A DNA stretch of 34,686 bases from a bacterium (GCA_049472315.1 JBLIRN010000032.1:1-34686); one strand, 5' to 3'; counted from the first letter of the stretch, positions 8,802 through 18,297 are shown. Made by a program: numbers and translations. Notes: generated by a model from the sequence alone, not told the origin.

Positions 8802-10033
8802 GCCCGAATCACCTCCTTGCAGTGGGCCTCCCACTGATCGATGATGAGGGGCCAGGCATACCGTGTAACCGCACAATCCCTGCACCGTTTCCTGGTCTTA
8901 CTATATTCATCGGGATTTTCAAGGCGCCATATCACCATCTCCTCGATCTTTCCCGCAAGGGCGCTGATCGAGGCATCCCTGCACAGCCATTCATCACCGA
9001 TAAGGGAGAGGATCTCCGGTGTCGCCCCCACCGGCGTGGCGATCACCGGCGCCCCGGTGGCAAGGGCCTCCAGGGTGACCATGCCGAATCCCTCCAGGTA
9101 TTCGGTGGGGAGCACAAAGAAATCCGCTGCCTGGTAGAACCGGGGAAGCTCCTGTTCCGGCACGTGACCGGTTAAGGTGATCCGATCGGCTACCCCCAGT
9201 CCCTCCGCCATCCCCTTGAGGCTCCCCTCAAGCTCACCCTTCCCTGCAAGCACCAGGTGAATCCTGTCGCCAACACTCTTAAGCTCTGCCATTGCCCTGA
9301 CCAGGTTCGGAAGTCCCATCCGCTTTCGCAGGTTTCGCACGGTAAAGAGGACCACCTTGTCCGGGGGAAGTCCCAGTTCCCTGCGGAGTCGCCCCTGGTC
9401 ACCCGGAGGGGAAAAGACCTCCGTGTCCACCCCGCCGGGGATAATGACGGATCGTGCGGCCAATCCATGCACCCGTTCGAGCCTCCTTCTCATGAATTCG
9501 CTCAAGAGGATAATCCTTTGGCAGCGCCTGAGCACCCTCCCCTCCAGCCAATCCCTCATTCTCTTTCGGATGAGCAGCGCGAGATTCCATTTCCCACACC
9601 AGTGCACCGGCCGGTTTATGAGAAACTCCTCCCCCCACGGGGAGTGAAAATTGTAGAGCCAGGGGGCATCCCGGACAAAGGCATGGGTCACCGCCTCCGC
9701 AGCGGCAAGGGGCTGGTGCAGGATGACGATGTCCAGGGGGACGTGCCCCGATCCTTCGATGTTGCGGAGGATGTTCCTGATCTGGGGGCGGGCGGAGACG
9801 TTGAAGCTGGCGAAGGTCTTTTTGGGAAGGTCGTAGCGGTACACCTCGATCCCCTCGATGGTCTCCTGGTCGGCAAGCTCCGGCCTCGCCCGCCTGACGA
9901 CGATGAAGACCTTATGGCCCCTGCCGGCGAGCCCCCGTGAGGTGCAGAAGGCCATCTTGTTCGCCCCTCCCATGCTGTCGGGAAAGAAAAAATCGGTGAG
10001 CACGAGTATGTTCAAGCCCTGGTATCCTTCCAT
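8705..10033 (-). CDS. Glycosyltransferase family 4
   Basis: FFPDSMGGA, IPGGVD, VRNLRKRMG, LPTEYLEGFGMVTLEALA (EX7E). Confidence 0.92.
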   Translation of the reverse strand: MEGYQGLNILVLTDFFFPDSMGGANKMAFCTSRGLAGRGHKVFIVVRRARPELADQETIEGIEVYRYDLPKKTFASFNVSARPQIRNILRNIEGSGHVPLDIVILHQPLAAAEAVTHAFVRDAPWLYNFHSPWGEEFLINRPVHWCGKWNLALLIRKRMRDWLEGRVLRRCQRIILLSEFMRRRLERVHGLAARSVIIPGGVDTEVFSPPGDQGRLRRELGLPPDKVVLFTVRNLRKRMGLPNLVRAMAELKSVGDRIHLVLAGKGELEGSLKGMAEGLGVADRITLTGHVPEQELPRFYQAADFFVLPTEYLEGFGMVTLEALATGAPVIATPVGATPEILSLIGDEWLCRDASISALAGKIEEMVIWRLENPDEYSKTRKRCRDCAVTRYAWPLIIDQWEAHCKEVIRAWKEQRHAPPSPASTSSPGWTKGARPKTPSSP

Positions 10034-10143
10034 GGATTGTTGCGGACTATGCTAAAATCCGAGCATGAGGAAGGAGATCGGGGTCCGCCCCCATCCCCTT
10101 CCAAAAGACTTTTGCCATTATTGCAATGATATTTCAGCATGAT

Positions 10144-11880
10144 TTATGTATTTTGAGGATTTTCCGGTTTCTCCGTATCGATGAAGATCCTCTGCCAGAC
10201 CTCCAGGGTGATCAATCCCCACAACTGGAGCGAGAGGTCCGCCTTCCCCTCGGTGTGCGCCTTGATCATTTTCCCGACCTCCCCGGGCCTGAAGATGCCC
10301 CTTTTTTCAATGACATCGGGGGCGAGGTAGTCATCGAGGAGATCTTTCAGGGGGCCTCTCAGCCAGGCGCCCATGGGAAGGGTGAATCCCCGCCTTCCCT
10401 TTTTGAATACCCAGGCAGGCACCACGTCACGGCATGCCTCCCTGAGCACCCGCTTCCCCTGCCCTCCCCTGACCTTCATGCTCAGGGGGATCCTGGCCGC
10501 GCACGCGAGCATTTCATCGTTGCACAGGGGGAGATCCAGCCACAGGTCAAAGTGGGCACACAGGGAGGATGCCAGGGGGAGAAGGTCGTCTGCAAGCCAT
10601 GCGTACACATCCGTGAGAAACTGCTCCTCATGGAAGGAATCCCGGAGAAGCTCCATGTAGTATCCGTCATCCCTGGTCCGATACGCGGGGAGGAGAAGCA
10701 TCTCCCGCTGCTCACGGTCAAAGAAGGTATACAGATCCGCATACCTGTCCAGGCTCACCGGGCGGCCCGACAGGCACCCCTCGCTGTTCCCGAAGGGGGA
10801 GAGACACCTCCTCAGCAGGGAAACCACCTTGTGTCCGCACGTCCATGATCGCGCCAGGATGTGCTTGGTGTGGCCGCCGAACAGCTCGTCGCTGCCGAGT
10901 CCGGAAAGCATCCTCCCCACCTCCTTTCCGGCCTGCCGGGCAACCGCAAAGGTGGCAAGGCCGGAGGGATTACCCGCAGGGAATCCCAGACACCGGGTGA
11001 CCTCCCAGAGGAGTTCGGGGATGTCCCCGGGCCTGAGGAGGACCTCCCTGTGCCGCACCTTGTAATGGTGCGCCACCCTCCTGGCATCCCTCCGCTCGTC
11101 ATCAACCCCCTCGAATCCCACGGTATAGGCAATGAGGTCCTTTCCACGCGCCTTGCCCATGCCGGCAATGAGGGAGGAGTCGAGCCCCCCGCTCAAGAGA
11201 ATGCCCGCACGTCCATCCCAGGATGCCAGCCTGCGTCCTGCATCGTTCAGAAGGCGCCGTATCTCCGCCGCCGCCCCCTTCCCGGACCCAAAGGGCGGGG
11301 CGAATGTGGGTGACCAGTAACGCTGTATGGTTGCCTTGCCTTCGGTAAGCGTCATGCAGGAGGCGGGAGGAAGGATGGCGATCCCCCCGACCAGGGTGCT
11401 GGGGGATGGCTGGTGCAGGAAACCGAGATACCCGTTCAGGCCCCTTGCATCCAGCCTATACTCCCTTTCGTCATTACGCATAAACACAAGGAGATCGGCA
11501 AGACTGCTGGACCATGCCAAAATCTCCCCGTCGTACATGTAGTATACGCGATTGCTCCCCAAACGGTCCGTGATGATCGTGATCGAAGGGGGGATCTCCT
11601 CCATCGGGGACTCCCCGTACACCACGGCCAACCATCGCCCCCTGAGCGATGAAAGCGCCTCGGCGTCCCCCGCGATGAACCCCTTCACCGGGCCCACTGC
11701 CTGTTCAGAGGAATCCCCCCTGATAAAGATGCAGTACTGCCGGCCGTCCTCCCCCTCCACGTACTCCTGGTGCCGCGCAAAGGGGTCCCTGTCCATCCAG
11801 AGATGGGGAGAGAACACCGAGTATCCCTCCGCCCGGATGCTCAGGGGGATGAGCGGCCGATGGCTGAATATCCCTTTCAT
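10144..11880 (-). CDS. Asparagine-synthase-like ATP-dependent amide ligase lacking the N-terminal catalytic Cys
   Basis: Start 11880 overlaps the GT2 stop (ATGA); TDRLG...YY, LLSGGLDSS PP-loop, SGLGSDELFGG, K..LR, GF.LP...W; N-terminus is MKGIF rather than MCGI. Confidence 0.85.
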   Translation of the reverse strand: MKGIFSHRPLIPLSIRAEGYSVFSPHLWMDRDPFARHQEYVEGEDGRQYCIFIRGDSSEQAVGPVKGFIAGDAEALSSLRGRWLAVVYGESPMEEIPPSITIITDRLGSNRVYYMYDGEILAWSSSLADLLVFMRNDEREYRLDARGLNGYLGFLHQPSPSTLVGGIAILPPASCMTLTEGKATIQRYWSPTFAPPFGSGKGAAAEIRRLLNDAGRRLASWDGRAGILLSGGLDSSLIAGMGKARGKDLIAYTVGFEGVDDERRDARRVAHHYKVRHREVLLRPGDIPELLWEVTRCLGFPAGNPSGLATFAVARQAGKEVGRMLSGLGSDELFGGHTKHILARSWTCGHKVVSLLRRCLSPFGNSEGCLSGRPVSLDRYADLYTFFDREQREMLLLPAYRTRDDGYYMELLRDSFHEEQFLTDVYAWLADDLLPLASSLCAHFDLWLDLPLCNDEMLACAARIPLSMKVRGGQGKRVLREACRDVVPAWVFKKGRRGFTLPMGAWLRGPLKDLLDDYLAPDVIEKRGIFRPGEVGKMIKAHTEGKADLSLQLWGLITLEVWQRIFIDTEKPENPQNT

Positions 11881-12812
11881 TGTTCGTGTACCTCCCTCTG
11901 CATGCGATCCTCTCTCAGGGTCAGGAGGCCGAAACCGAACCCGGCCAGATAGGAGAGCTGGGTGATGAAAAAAACAATCTTTCCCTGAGTCAGTGATATA
12001 ACAAGATTGAAAACGTTTCTGACCATCCGGTAGGGCATGCCCCTGTGAACCCTGTCCGGGGTGGTGTGCGTCCTGGTCAACTCCAGGACCCACTGGGGAT
12101 AGAATTTCTGGCAGAAGGCGGCCCCCTTTCCGTTGCGAAAGAACTGCCGGATCATGGGTAGCAGTCCGGGCGGAGGCAGGTGATGGATCCACGTGCCGGG
12201 AATCACCACCACCCGGTATCCCGCCTTTCTCACCATGAATCGCAGGTATGGATCGAGACCCCTGGGGATCAGCTCATTCTCCCCGCCGATGCGGTAAAAG
12301 AGGGACTTGGGTATGGCCATGCAGGGGTGCTCCGCCATATCGCTGTCGGTTATTTGGGACACCAGGGGTGATCTGCGGCGGGGGATCTGATCCATGGCGA
12401 GCCTGGTAAGGAGCGAGGCATCCTCCGGCACCACGTTGGACACGCCCACGATCCCGATATCCGGATGGGCATGTAAAACGGCAACCATGTTTTCGATGAC
12501 CCTTTCATGCCCCAGGCGGGTGTCGTCATCCATGGTGACCAGGATGTCTCCCCGTGCGATGAGCGCCCCCTGGTTGATGGCCCTCCCCTGCCTGCGGTCC
12601 CCCCGCACCAGGATGATCTCGATGTCCTTGACACTCTGGGCCTTTATCTGCTCGATGAGGGCGGGGAGATACCCGTTGCGGTCCCCGTCCAGGGTGGGGA
12701 TGACGATCGAGACCCGGGGCCGGGCCTCCAGGGTGATGACCTGCGGTCGTCCCTGGAAATCCCCATTGGCATGGAGAACGAAATCCCCCCTGCTACTGCC
12801 TCTCTTCCCCAT
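11877..12812 (-). CDS. Glycosyltransferase family 2
   Basis: VSIVIPT, AINQGA..ARGDILVTMDDD (DxD-type motif), FYRIGG, C-terminal hydrophobic segment. Confidence 0.9.
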   Translation of the reverse strand: MGKRGSSRGDFVLHANGDFQGRPQVITLEARPRVSIVIPTLDGDRNGYLPALIEQIKAQSVKDIEIILVRGDRRQGRAINQGALIARGDILVTMDDDTRLGHERVIENMVAVLHAHPDIGIVGVSNVVPEDASLLTRLAMDQIPRRRSPLVSQITDSDMAEHPCMAIPKSLFYRIGGENELIPRGLDPYLRFMVRKAGYRVVVIPGTWIHHLPPPGLLPMIRQFFRNGKGAAFCQKFYPQWVLELTRTHTTPDRVHRGMPYRMVRNVFNLVISLTQGKIVFFITQLSYLAGFGFGLLTLREDRMQREVHEQ

Positions 12813-13039
12813 TCAATACCCTTTCATGTACCATGCAGGTTTTCAAATAATCATCCCTTTGTATAAACCTTCATCCTTCCGGTGACCCTTGGATCATGGG
12901 TTTTTGTATCATTTACCATCATGCCCTTTCCTGCGCACCTTGGTGGTACGCCGGCATGTTTGCATGTGCTTCATCCGCCCCCCTTGGATATCTTTATACT
13001 CCCTGGTGAATCGAGGGTTCATGAATGTCTTATTCCCTT

Positions 13040-14971
13040 TCATCGCCCCATTCCCTCATGTCTCATGGTGCCGCGCGGTGTGCCGCTGTGCCTCCCTCTC
13101 GCGCCCGCCGCTCCAGCCGCAGCAAGGGATTCTGCAGAGTCCGATCCCGTGGGTACACCCCCGCAGATAATCAAGGACCGGTAGTAATCGTTCCCCGCAA
13201 AGAGCGACTCATGCGTGCCCACAGTCGCACGCCCCTGCGCATCCAGAAGGAGGATGCGGTCCGCCTCCTGCAGGGTGGCGGGGCGATCGGTCACCACGAT
13301 AATGGTTCTCTGCCGGTAGAGCACAGGAAGGGCGGAGAGGATCGAATCCTCGGTCAGGGCATCCACCGATGAGGTCGGCTCGTCGAGCACCAGGATGTCA
13401 GGTTCCCTGACAAGCGCCCTGGCAATGGAAAGCCGCTGCCGCTGCCCCTCCGAGAGGTTCACCCCGTTTTCCCCGATGAGTGTGTCATATCCCAAGGGAA
13501 GGCCTGTGATGAACTCGTGTATCCGTGCAGCCCTGGCCGCCCGGATAACCTGCTCCTCGTGTGCATCCGGGTTACCGTAGCACAGGTTTTCCATGATCGT
13601 TCCGGAGAGAAGAGAGGGACGCTGGAACACAAACCCGATCCGCTCCCGCAGGGAGCCCACTGCATAAGACGCTGCCGGCTTCCCGTCGAAGTAGACCTCC
13701 CCCCCCGTGGGCCGGTAGAGGCACAGGATCAGGCTCAGCAGGGTGGTCTTCCCCACCCCGCTCTGCCCGATGATTGCCCAGTGCTCCCCCGGATGGATGC
13801 GCACGGAGATATCACGGAGCACCGGTTCTCCCCCGTCATAGGAAAAAGTGATGTGCTTGAGCTCGATCTCCCCTGCGAGTTTCGTGACCTGTTCCCCTGC
13901 CTCGCTGTTTGCCTCGGGGAGTATATCGAAGAGGGCGGCCACCCGGTCCAGCGCTGCCAGCGCCTTCTGCATCTGCAGGTTGGCGGTGGCAAGGAACTGA
14001 GCGGGGCCGAACACATATCCCAGGTATGCCTGAAAGGCAAGGAGGGAGCCGAGGCTCCACTCCCCCCTGATCACCCAGACGGCCCCCACCACAAGGACGG
14101 CGCCGCGGGCGATGCCCGGTATGGCCTCTATGGCGAGAGTGGCGACGGAACTTACTGCCGATTGCTCGAGCAGGATACTGAAGGCATCCCTTAGCCGTTC
14201 GGTCAAGCGCCGTGCTGTGGGTCCCTCCGAGGAGAATGCCTTGATCAGCGGCACCGAGGCGAGGGATTCCTGGAAATCCCTGGAAAAGGCCGCCTGCCGC
14301 TCCATGCCGTGGTGACCCAGGACACGTATCTTCTCGGAGAAATAGCGAATGCCCAAGAGGATAGCGGGAAGGATGAGGAGCACACCCAGGGCGAGTCGCC
14401 ACTCCAGGTAGAAGAGCAGTGCAATCCCCCCTGCGCATCGCAGCGCATTGCCTGCAATGTGGACGATGGTGCTCGAAAAGAACCAGCGCACATCCTGCAC
14501 GTCGGAGGAGAGGCGGGACATGAGATAGCCCGTCTGGTTCTCGTCAAAAAAGGCCTTTGGAAACCGCAGGGTCCGATCGAACAGCTCCTGCTGGATGTCG
14601 AGCATGACCTGCTGCTCAAATCGGGTAAAGTGGAAATCCTGCAGCATTGCCGCGCATTTCCCTGCCACGGCAATCAGGGCAAGGAGAATGACGGCACCGA
14701 CCAGGAGGCCGATCCTCCGGGCCAGGATGACATCGTCCACGATATAGCGCAGGATCAGGGGCTGCGGGAAAGCGAGCAGTGCAGCGAGGAGGATGAGCCC
14801 CGCACCGGCAAGCCCCATGCGCCAGTGCCGAAGGATGAAGGGACGGAGGTTTCCGAGGCGCCACCCCCCTTCCCCGGCGCCATCATGCAGGGCAAGGTGA
14901 TCCTCGGGCATGGTGCGCACAAGCCCATTCTTGAGACAGGCGAACCAGTTTTTCTCCATGATTATTCCCAT
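13040..14971 (-). CDS. ABC exporter, fused permease/ATP-binding protein
   Basis: N-terminal TM domain; Walker A GQSGVGKTT, signature LSEGQRQR, Walker B ILVLDEPT; the start could be 14959. Confidence 0.92.
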   Translation of the reverse strand: MGIIMEKNWFACLKNGLVRTMPEDHLALHDGAGEGGWRLGNLRPFILRHWRMGLAGAGLILLAALLAFPQPLILRYIVDDVILARRIGLLVGAVILLALIAVAGKCAAMLQDFHFTRFEQQVMLDIQQELFDRTLRFPKAFFDENQTGYLMSRLSSDVQDVRWFFSSTIVHIAGNALRCAGGIALLFYLEWRLALGVLLILPAILLGIRYFSEKIRVLGHHGMERQAAFSRDFQESLASVPLIKAFSSEGPTARRLTERLRDAFSILLEQSAVSSVATLAIEAIPGIARGAVLVVGAVWVIRGEWSLGSLLAFQAYLGYVFGPAQFLATANLQMQKALAALDRVAALFDILPEANSEAGEQVTKLAGEIELKHITFSYDGGEPVLRDISVRIHPGEHWAIIGQSGVGKTTLLSLILCLYRPTGGEVYFDGKPAASYAVGSLRERIGFVFQRPSLLSGTIMENLCYGNPDAHEEQVIRAARAARIHEFITGLPLGYDTLIGENGVNLSEGQRQRLSIARALVREPDILVLDEPTSSVDALTEDSILSALPVLYRQRTIIVVTDRPATLQEADRILLLDAQGRATVGTHESLFAGNDYYRSLIICGGVPTGSDSAESLAAAGAAGARGRHSGTPRGTMRHEGMGR

Positions 14972-16101
14972 GCCTTCCCGCTCAGGGACGACCTGAGCAT
15001 CTCAATGAGCTGCGCAAGCCTTTTCCAGTAGAGCCGCCACATACGGCCCCCGGGGGCATCTGCGAATACCTGCCGGAGGATCTCCGGTCGCGGGAAGAGG
15101 TTCTCCAGGATGAAGGGGAGACGTCTTTCTATTCCCTTGCCGGAGCTCATGACAAAGAGGGGCACCCAGGGGGGGAGGGATTTCCTGCGGATGATCCGCA
15201 TCATCACCATTCGTTCGAATGAGCGCGGGCCCTCCTGATCGAGGAGGACACGGGCCTTCTCCGGAATCCTGCACGCGCACAGGTGAACGAGGAGAAAAAG
15301 GATATACGCCAGGGGTCGTGCAAGACCCAGCTCATGCGCCCGGTCCACCATCTCCTCCCATTCATGCGAACCCCACCCGGCAACCAGACCGTGGATGTCC
15401 ACCAGCCAGATCATTCGCTCCACATTGTGCTTCAGGGCATGCAATCCCAGGTAGAGCACCTGGTCCTGTGGCCCCATGCAGCGCGCCTCCTCCCCATCCA
15501 CTCCCACCAGGCGGGTGCGCAGATAGATCTGCTCCTGGCTTGTGCCGATGAGCATTGCGGATGCCCTGATGCGATCGGCCCACGGGAGCCTGGTCTGGAT
15601 CTCGAAACGCGTGGCCGACCTTCTGAAACTGAAGGGATACAAAGGGTCGCGACGGTATCCCAGACCGAGCAATGCATTGACGATGTCAGGATAGTCCTCC
15701 TCGAGCACCCACAAATCAATGTCGGTCAACGGCCTCAGACCCACATCCTGATAGACCTGCTGGAGGAGGGCGATCCCCTGGAGAAGCACCACCTGGGTCC
15801 CCCGCCTGCCGAGGCGAAGGAGTAACTCCTTCAGATCGTGGATACGATTGAGATTGGACGCGGCAGTGGCGTAGTAAAGGGACCTGAGCCGCTCCCTGTG
15901 GTTGGGTGTGATCGTCCCCAGGGCACCTGCCCTCTCCATGTTCTTGTAGAGGAGCCCCGCCATCCCCTCCCGCACCGACGTGCGAATGAGGCGGTCCATG
16001 TGCGGTCCCCGTGCCACCATGCGGCGCAGCTTCTCCAATCGACCGGAGTCTGGCTGCACTGCGGCTGCGCAGGTTAGTATATCGTATTCATGCAGAACCA
16101 T
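14962..16101 (-). CDS. Nucleotidyltransferase family protein (NTP_transf_5-like)
   Basis: VVLLQGIAL...Y...GLRPLTDIDLWV and LHALKH...WLVDI match the family pattern LKG..L...Y....R...DID. Confidence 0.8.
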   Translation of the reverse strand: MVLHEYDILTCAAAVQPDSGRLEKLRRMVARGPHMDRLIRTSVREGMAGLLYKNMERAGALGTITPNHRERLRSLYYATAASNLNRIHDLKELLLRLGRRGTQVVLLQGIALLQQVYQDVGLRPLTDIDLWVLEEDYPDIVNALLGLGYRRDPLYPFSFRRSATRFEIQTRLPWADRIRASAMLIGTSQEQIYLRTRLVGVDGEEARCMGPQDQVLYLGLHALKHNVERMIWLVDIHGLVAGWGSHEWEEMVDRAHELGLARPLAYILFLLVHLCACRIPEKARVLLDQEGPRSFERMVMMRIIRRKSLPPWVPLFVMSSGKGIERRLPFILENLFPRPEILRQVFADAPGGRMWRLYWKRLAQLIEMLRSSLSGKAWE

Positions 16102-16284
16102 ACCCTTGACCCTTTACGCAAAATCCCCCCCTACAACACTTATCGTCATTACCTGAGTATTTGTTTTTATAAGCATAATGGAATCCCTGCCATGAGGAAA
16201 AAATGGCATCAAACCTCCAAGGCATCCTCCTGCAGGTGCCCATGATCTTTTCAGCAGTATGATAAAATTGGTTTCGGTCTTTTG

Positions 16285-16329
16285 TTGACAATTTGTACAA
16301 AAAGTGTATAATTTAACTTGAAATGTACA
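16285..16329 (+). promoter_or_regulatory. Sigma-70 promoter of the TA operon with TGTACA operator palindromes
   Basis: TTGACA (16285-16290), 16-nt spacer, TATAAT (16307-16312); TGTACA at 16294-16299 and 16324-16329. Confidence 0.75.
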
Positions 16330-16389
16330 AATGATCATATGAACATGTGCAATCTCTTCCATGGGACTAAAAAAGAGGATAAAGGGACC

Positions 16390-16647
16390 ATGAAAAAAAA
16401 ACTTGTTCTTAATATCAGTGAAACACGAAATAAAATTACCCAACTTGATAAGTTGATGGAACCGGGGGATATTTTGGAAGTAAGAAGAAAGGGAAAGCCT
16501 TATGCAATCATCAAATTAATTCAAGAAGAAGACCCATTTGAAAGGGTGTTAAAACTCGTCAACTCACTTCCTGAGGACAACGGGGAGTCGAAACATGTGG
16601 CGGAGAATTATAAGAATCATCTCTATAAGAAGGAACGGGACAAATAA
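16390..16647 (+). CDS. Phd/YefM-like antitoxin
   Basis: LNISETRNKITQL....EPGDILEVRRKGKPYAII matches the Phd/YefM pattern; 2 nt upstream of a PIN toxin. Confidence 0.8.
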   Translation: MKKKLVLNISETRNKITQLDKLMEPGDILEVRRKGKPYAIIKLIQEEDPFERVLKLVNSLPEDNGESKHVAENYKNHLYKKERDK

Positions 16648-16649
16648 AT

Positions 16650-17072
16650 ATGGTCTCTTTGGAAGGACTCCATTCGATATATTGTGACGCCGGTTTTTTT
16701 ATTGCACTTTTTTCTAAGAAGGACAGCAAGCATAAAAGAGCTTTGGAATTATTCGATGAAATTCGATTTGGAAAGATTACCATATACACATCATGGTTTG
16801 TGGTTTCTGAAGCAATGACAATGCTTCTTTATCATTATGGTTACTCTGAGGCTCGAATATTTAGTGAATCGCTGGACCTTTATAGAATAATTTCTCCGGA
16901 TAAGGCCAACTATTACGAGGCACTCTCCATATTTAACCGCTATGCAATCGATAAAAAGATATCATTTGTCGATGCATTGTCCCAAGTCATCATCTGCCAA
17001 AGACTAAATCAAATCCCTGCCATTTCTTTTGATAAAGATTTCAGAACATTAGGACTAACCACAATTTCCTGA
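16650..17072 (+). CDS. vapC: PIN-domain (VapC-like) toxin
   Basis: IYCDAGFFIAL, VVSEA, ISFVDA and SFDKDF supply the conserved PIN acidic residues; 140 aa. Confidence 0.9.
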   Translation: MVSLEGLHSIYCDAGFFIALFSKKDSKHKRALELFDEIRFGKITIYTSWFVVSEAMTMLLYHYGYSEARIFSESLDLYRIISPDKANYYEALSIFNRYAIDKKISFVDALSQVIICQRLNQIPAISFDKDFRTLGLTTIS

Positions 17073-17111
17073 ATACACCGGTTCTTGGCGTGCGCCCTGC
17101 CGGGCGCACAC

Positions 17112-17143
17112 AAAAAAAAGGCCCGCACAAAGGTGCGGGCCTT
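17112..17143 (-). terminator. Rho-independent terminator after the Gly/Tyr/Met-rich gene
   Basis: Hairpin AAGGCCCGCAC-AAAG-GTGCGGGCCTT followed on the minus strand by an 8-nt T run. Confidence 0.85.
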
Positions 17144-17195
17144 GTGATTTCATCGGGTCGACTCCTTTGAGCTCACCCGAATCAATTAATGGTCT

Positions 17196-17915
17196 TTATA
17201 GCAATCCGAGGCCCATGGCGCTCATCATACCGAGGGTGCTCAGGCTCAGGTCCATGCCACCCATACCAAGGCCGCCGAGGCCCATCATGCCGAGGCCGCC
17301 CATACCGAGACCGCCGAGGCCCATACCAAGGCCGCCGAGGCCCATACCATAGCCGCCAAGGCCCATCATACCGAGGCCGCCCATACCGAGACCGCCGAGG
17401 CCCATACCAAGGCCGCCGAGGCCCATCATGCTTCCGTAGCCGGAGCCGTACATGCCACCGTACATACCACCGCCGTACATGCTTCCGTAGCCGGAACCGT
17501 ACATGCCGCCCATCATGCTCCCGTAGCCGGAGCCGTACATGCCGCCGTACATGCTCCCGTAGCCGGAGCCGTACATGCCACCGCCGTACATGCTTCCGTA
17601 GCCGGAGCCGTACATGCTTCCGTAGCCACCGCCGTACATGCTTCCGTAGCCGGAACCGTACATGCCGCCGTACATGCTTCCGTAGCCGGAGCCGTACATG
17701 CCGCCGTAACCGCTGTAGCCGTAACCGGAACCGTACATGCCACCGCCGTACATGCTTCCGTAGCCGCTGTACCCATAGGGGCTATAGCCATATGAACCAC
17801 CATACCCGGAATAACTGCCATAATATGCAGTACACAGCGTGCCGTGCGCCATAACGAGGGCCAATACAATAATTGATAAGAATAAAATCTTTTTAAACAA
17901 GCTATTGTGAACCAT
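17196..17915 (-). CDS. Secreted Gly/Tyr/Met/Ser-rich repeat protein of unknown function
   Basis: RBS GAGAGG; signal peptide [41 protein letters not shown](G)M repeats then GLGGLGM repeats; has its own promoter and terminator. Confidence 0.85.
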   Translation of the reverse strand: MVHNSLFKKILFLSIIVLALVMAHGTLCTAYYGSYSGYGGSYGYSPYGYSGYGSMYGGGMYGSGYGYSGYGGMYGSGYGSMYGGMYGSGYGSMYGGGYGSMYGSGYGSMYGGGMYGSGYGSMYGGMYGSGYGSMMGGMYGSGYGSMYGGGMYGGMYGSGYGSMMGLGGLGMGLGGLGMGGLGMMGLGGYGMGLGGLGMGLGGLGMGGLGMMGLGGLGMGGMDLSLSTLGMMSAMGLGLL

Positions 17916-18110
17916 ACTCTGTAACCTCTCTACAATAAGACTTTTTGAAAAATCTTCCGTTAAGTAATGACCTTATTGTCTAACAAAAAAGGGATCGTGA
18001 GATTGAATTGAAAGAATTAAATTTAAAAATTAAGCGGTTAGAGACGTATATTTATCACCACCCATCCTGTTCCATCCATTCCTTTATGCGGATGAAATTG
18101 TGATATTGTT

Positions 18111-18297
18111 ATCCAAATCCCTTTCCGAAAGTCAAATTCCCCCGGTTAACACGTTAACCCCGATAATGCCCTGCGTTCCTTATCACTTCTCGGTGACGTT
18201 GATTTTGTAATTGTCCCCTTTATAAAAGGGATGCGGATTAACAATCACCGCCAGCACGGGAGGAATGGTGATGCGACGAGGAACTGGGATCTTGGAT
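18111..18297 (-). ncRNA. Candidate structured 5' leader RNA (family not recognised)
   Basis: Nested complementary segments 18111-18121/18286-18297 and 18175-18180/18279-18284 enclose several hairpins; begins about 45 nt downstream of the predicted sigma-54 start. Confidence 0.4.

Noticed and set aside
12813..13039. Lasso or other RiPP precursor between the ABC and GT2 genes
   Set aside because: The short minus-strand ORF (MNPRFTREY...GHDGK) lacks the leader YxxP-L/Thr(-2) pattern and a suitable Gly...Asp/Glu core.
17189..17869. Arg/Cys-rich and ACTA-repeat ORFs (17189-17854 plus, 17513-17869 minus)
   Set aside because: Shadow frames of the Gly-rich repeat gene, which alone has an RBS, signal peptide, promoter and terminator.
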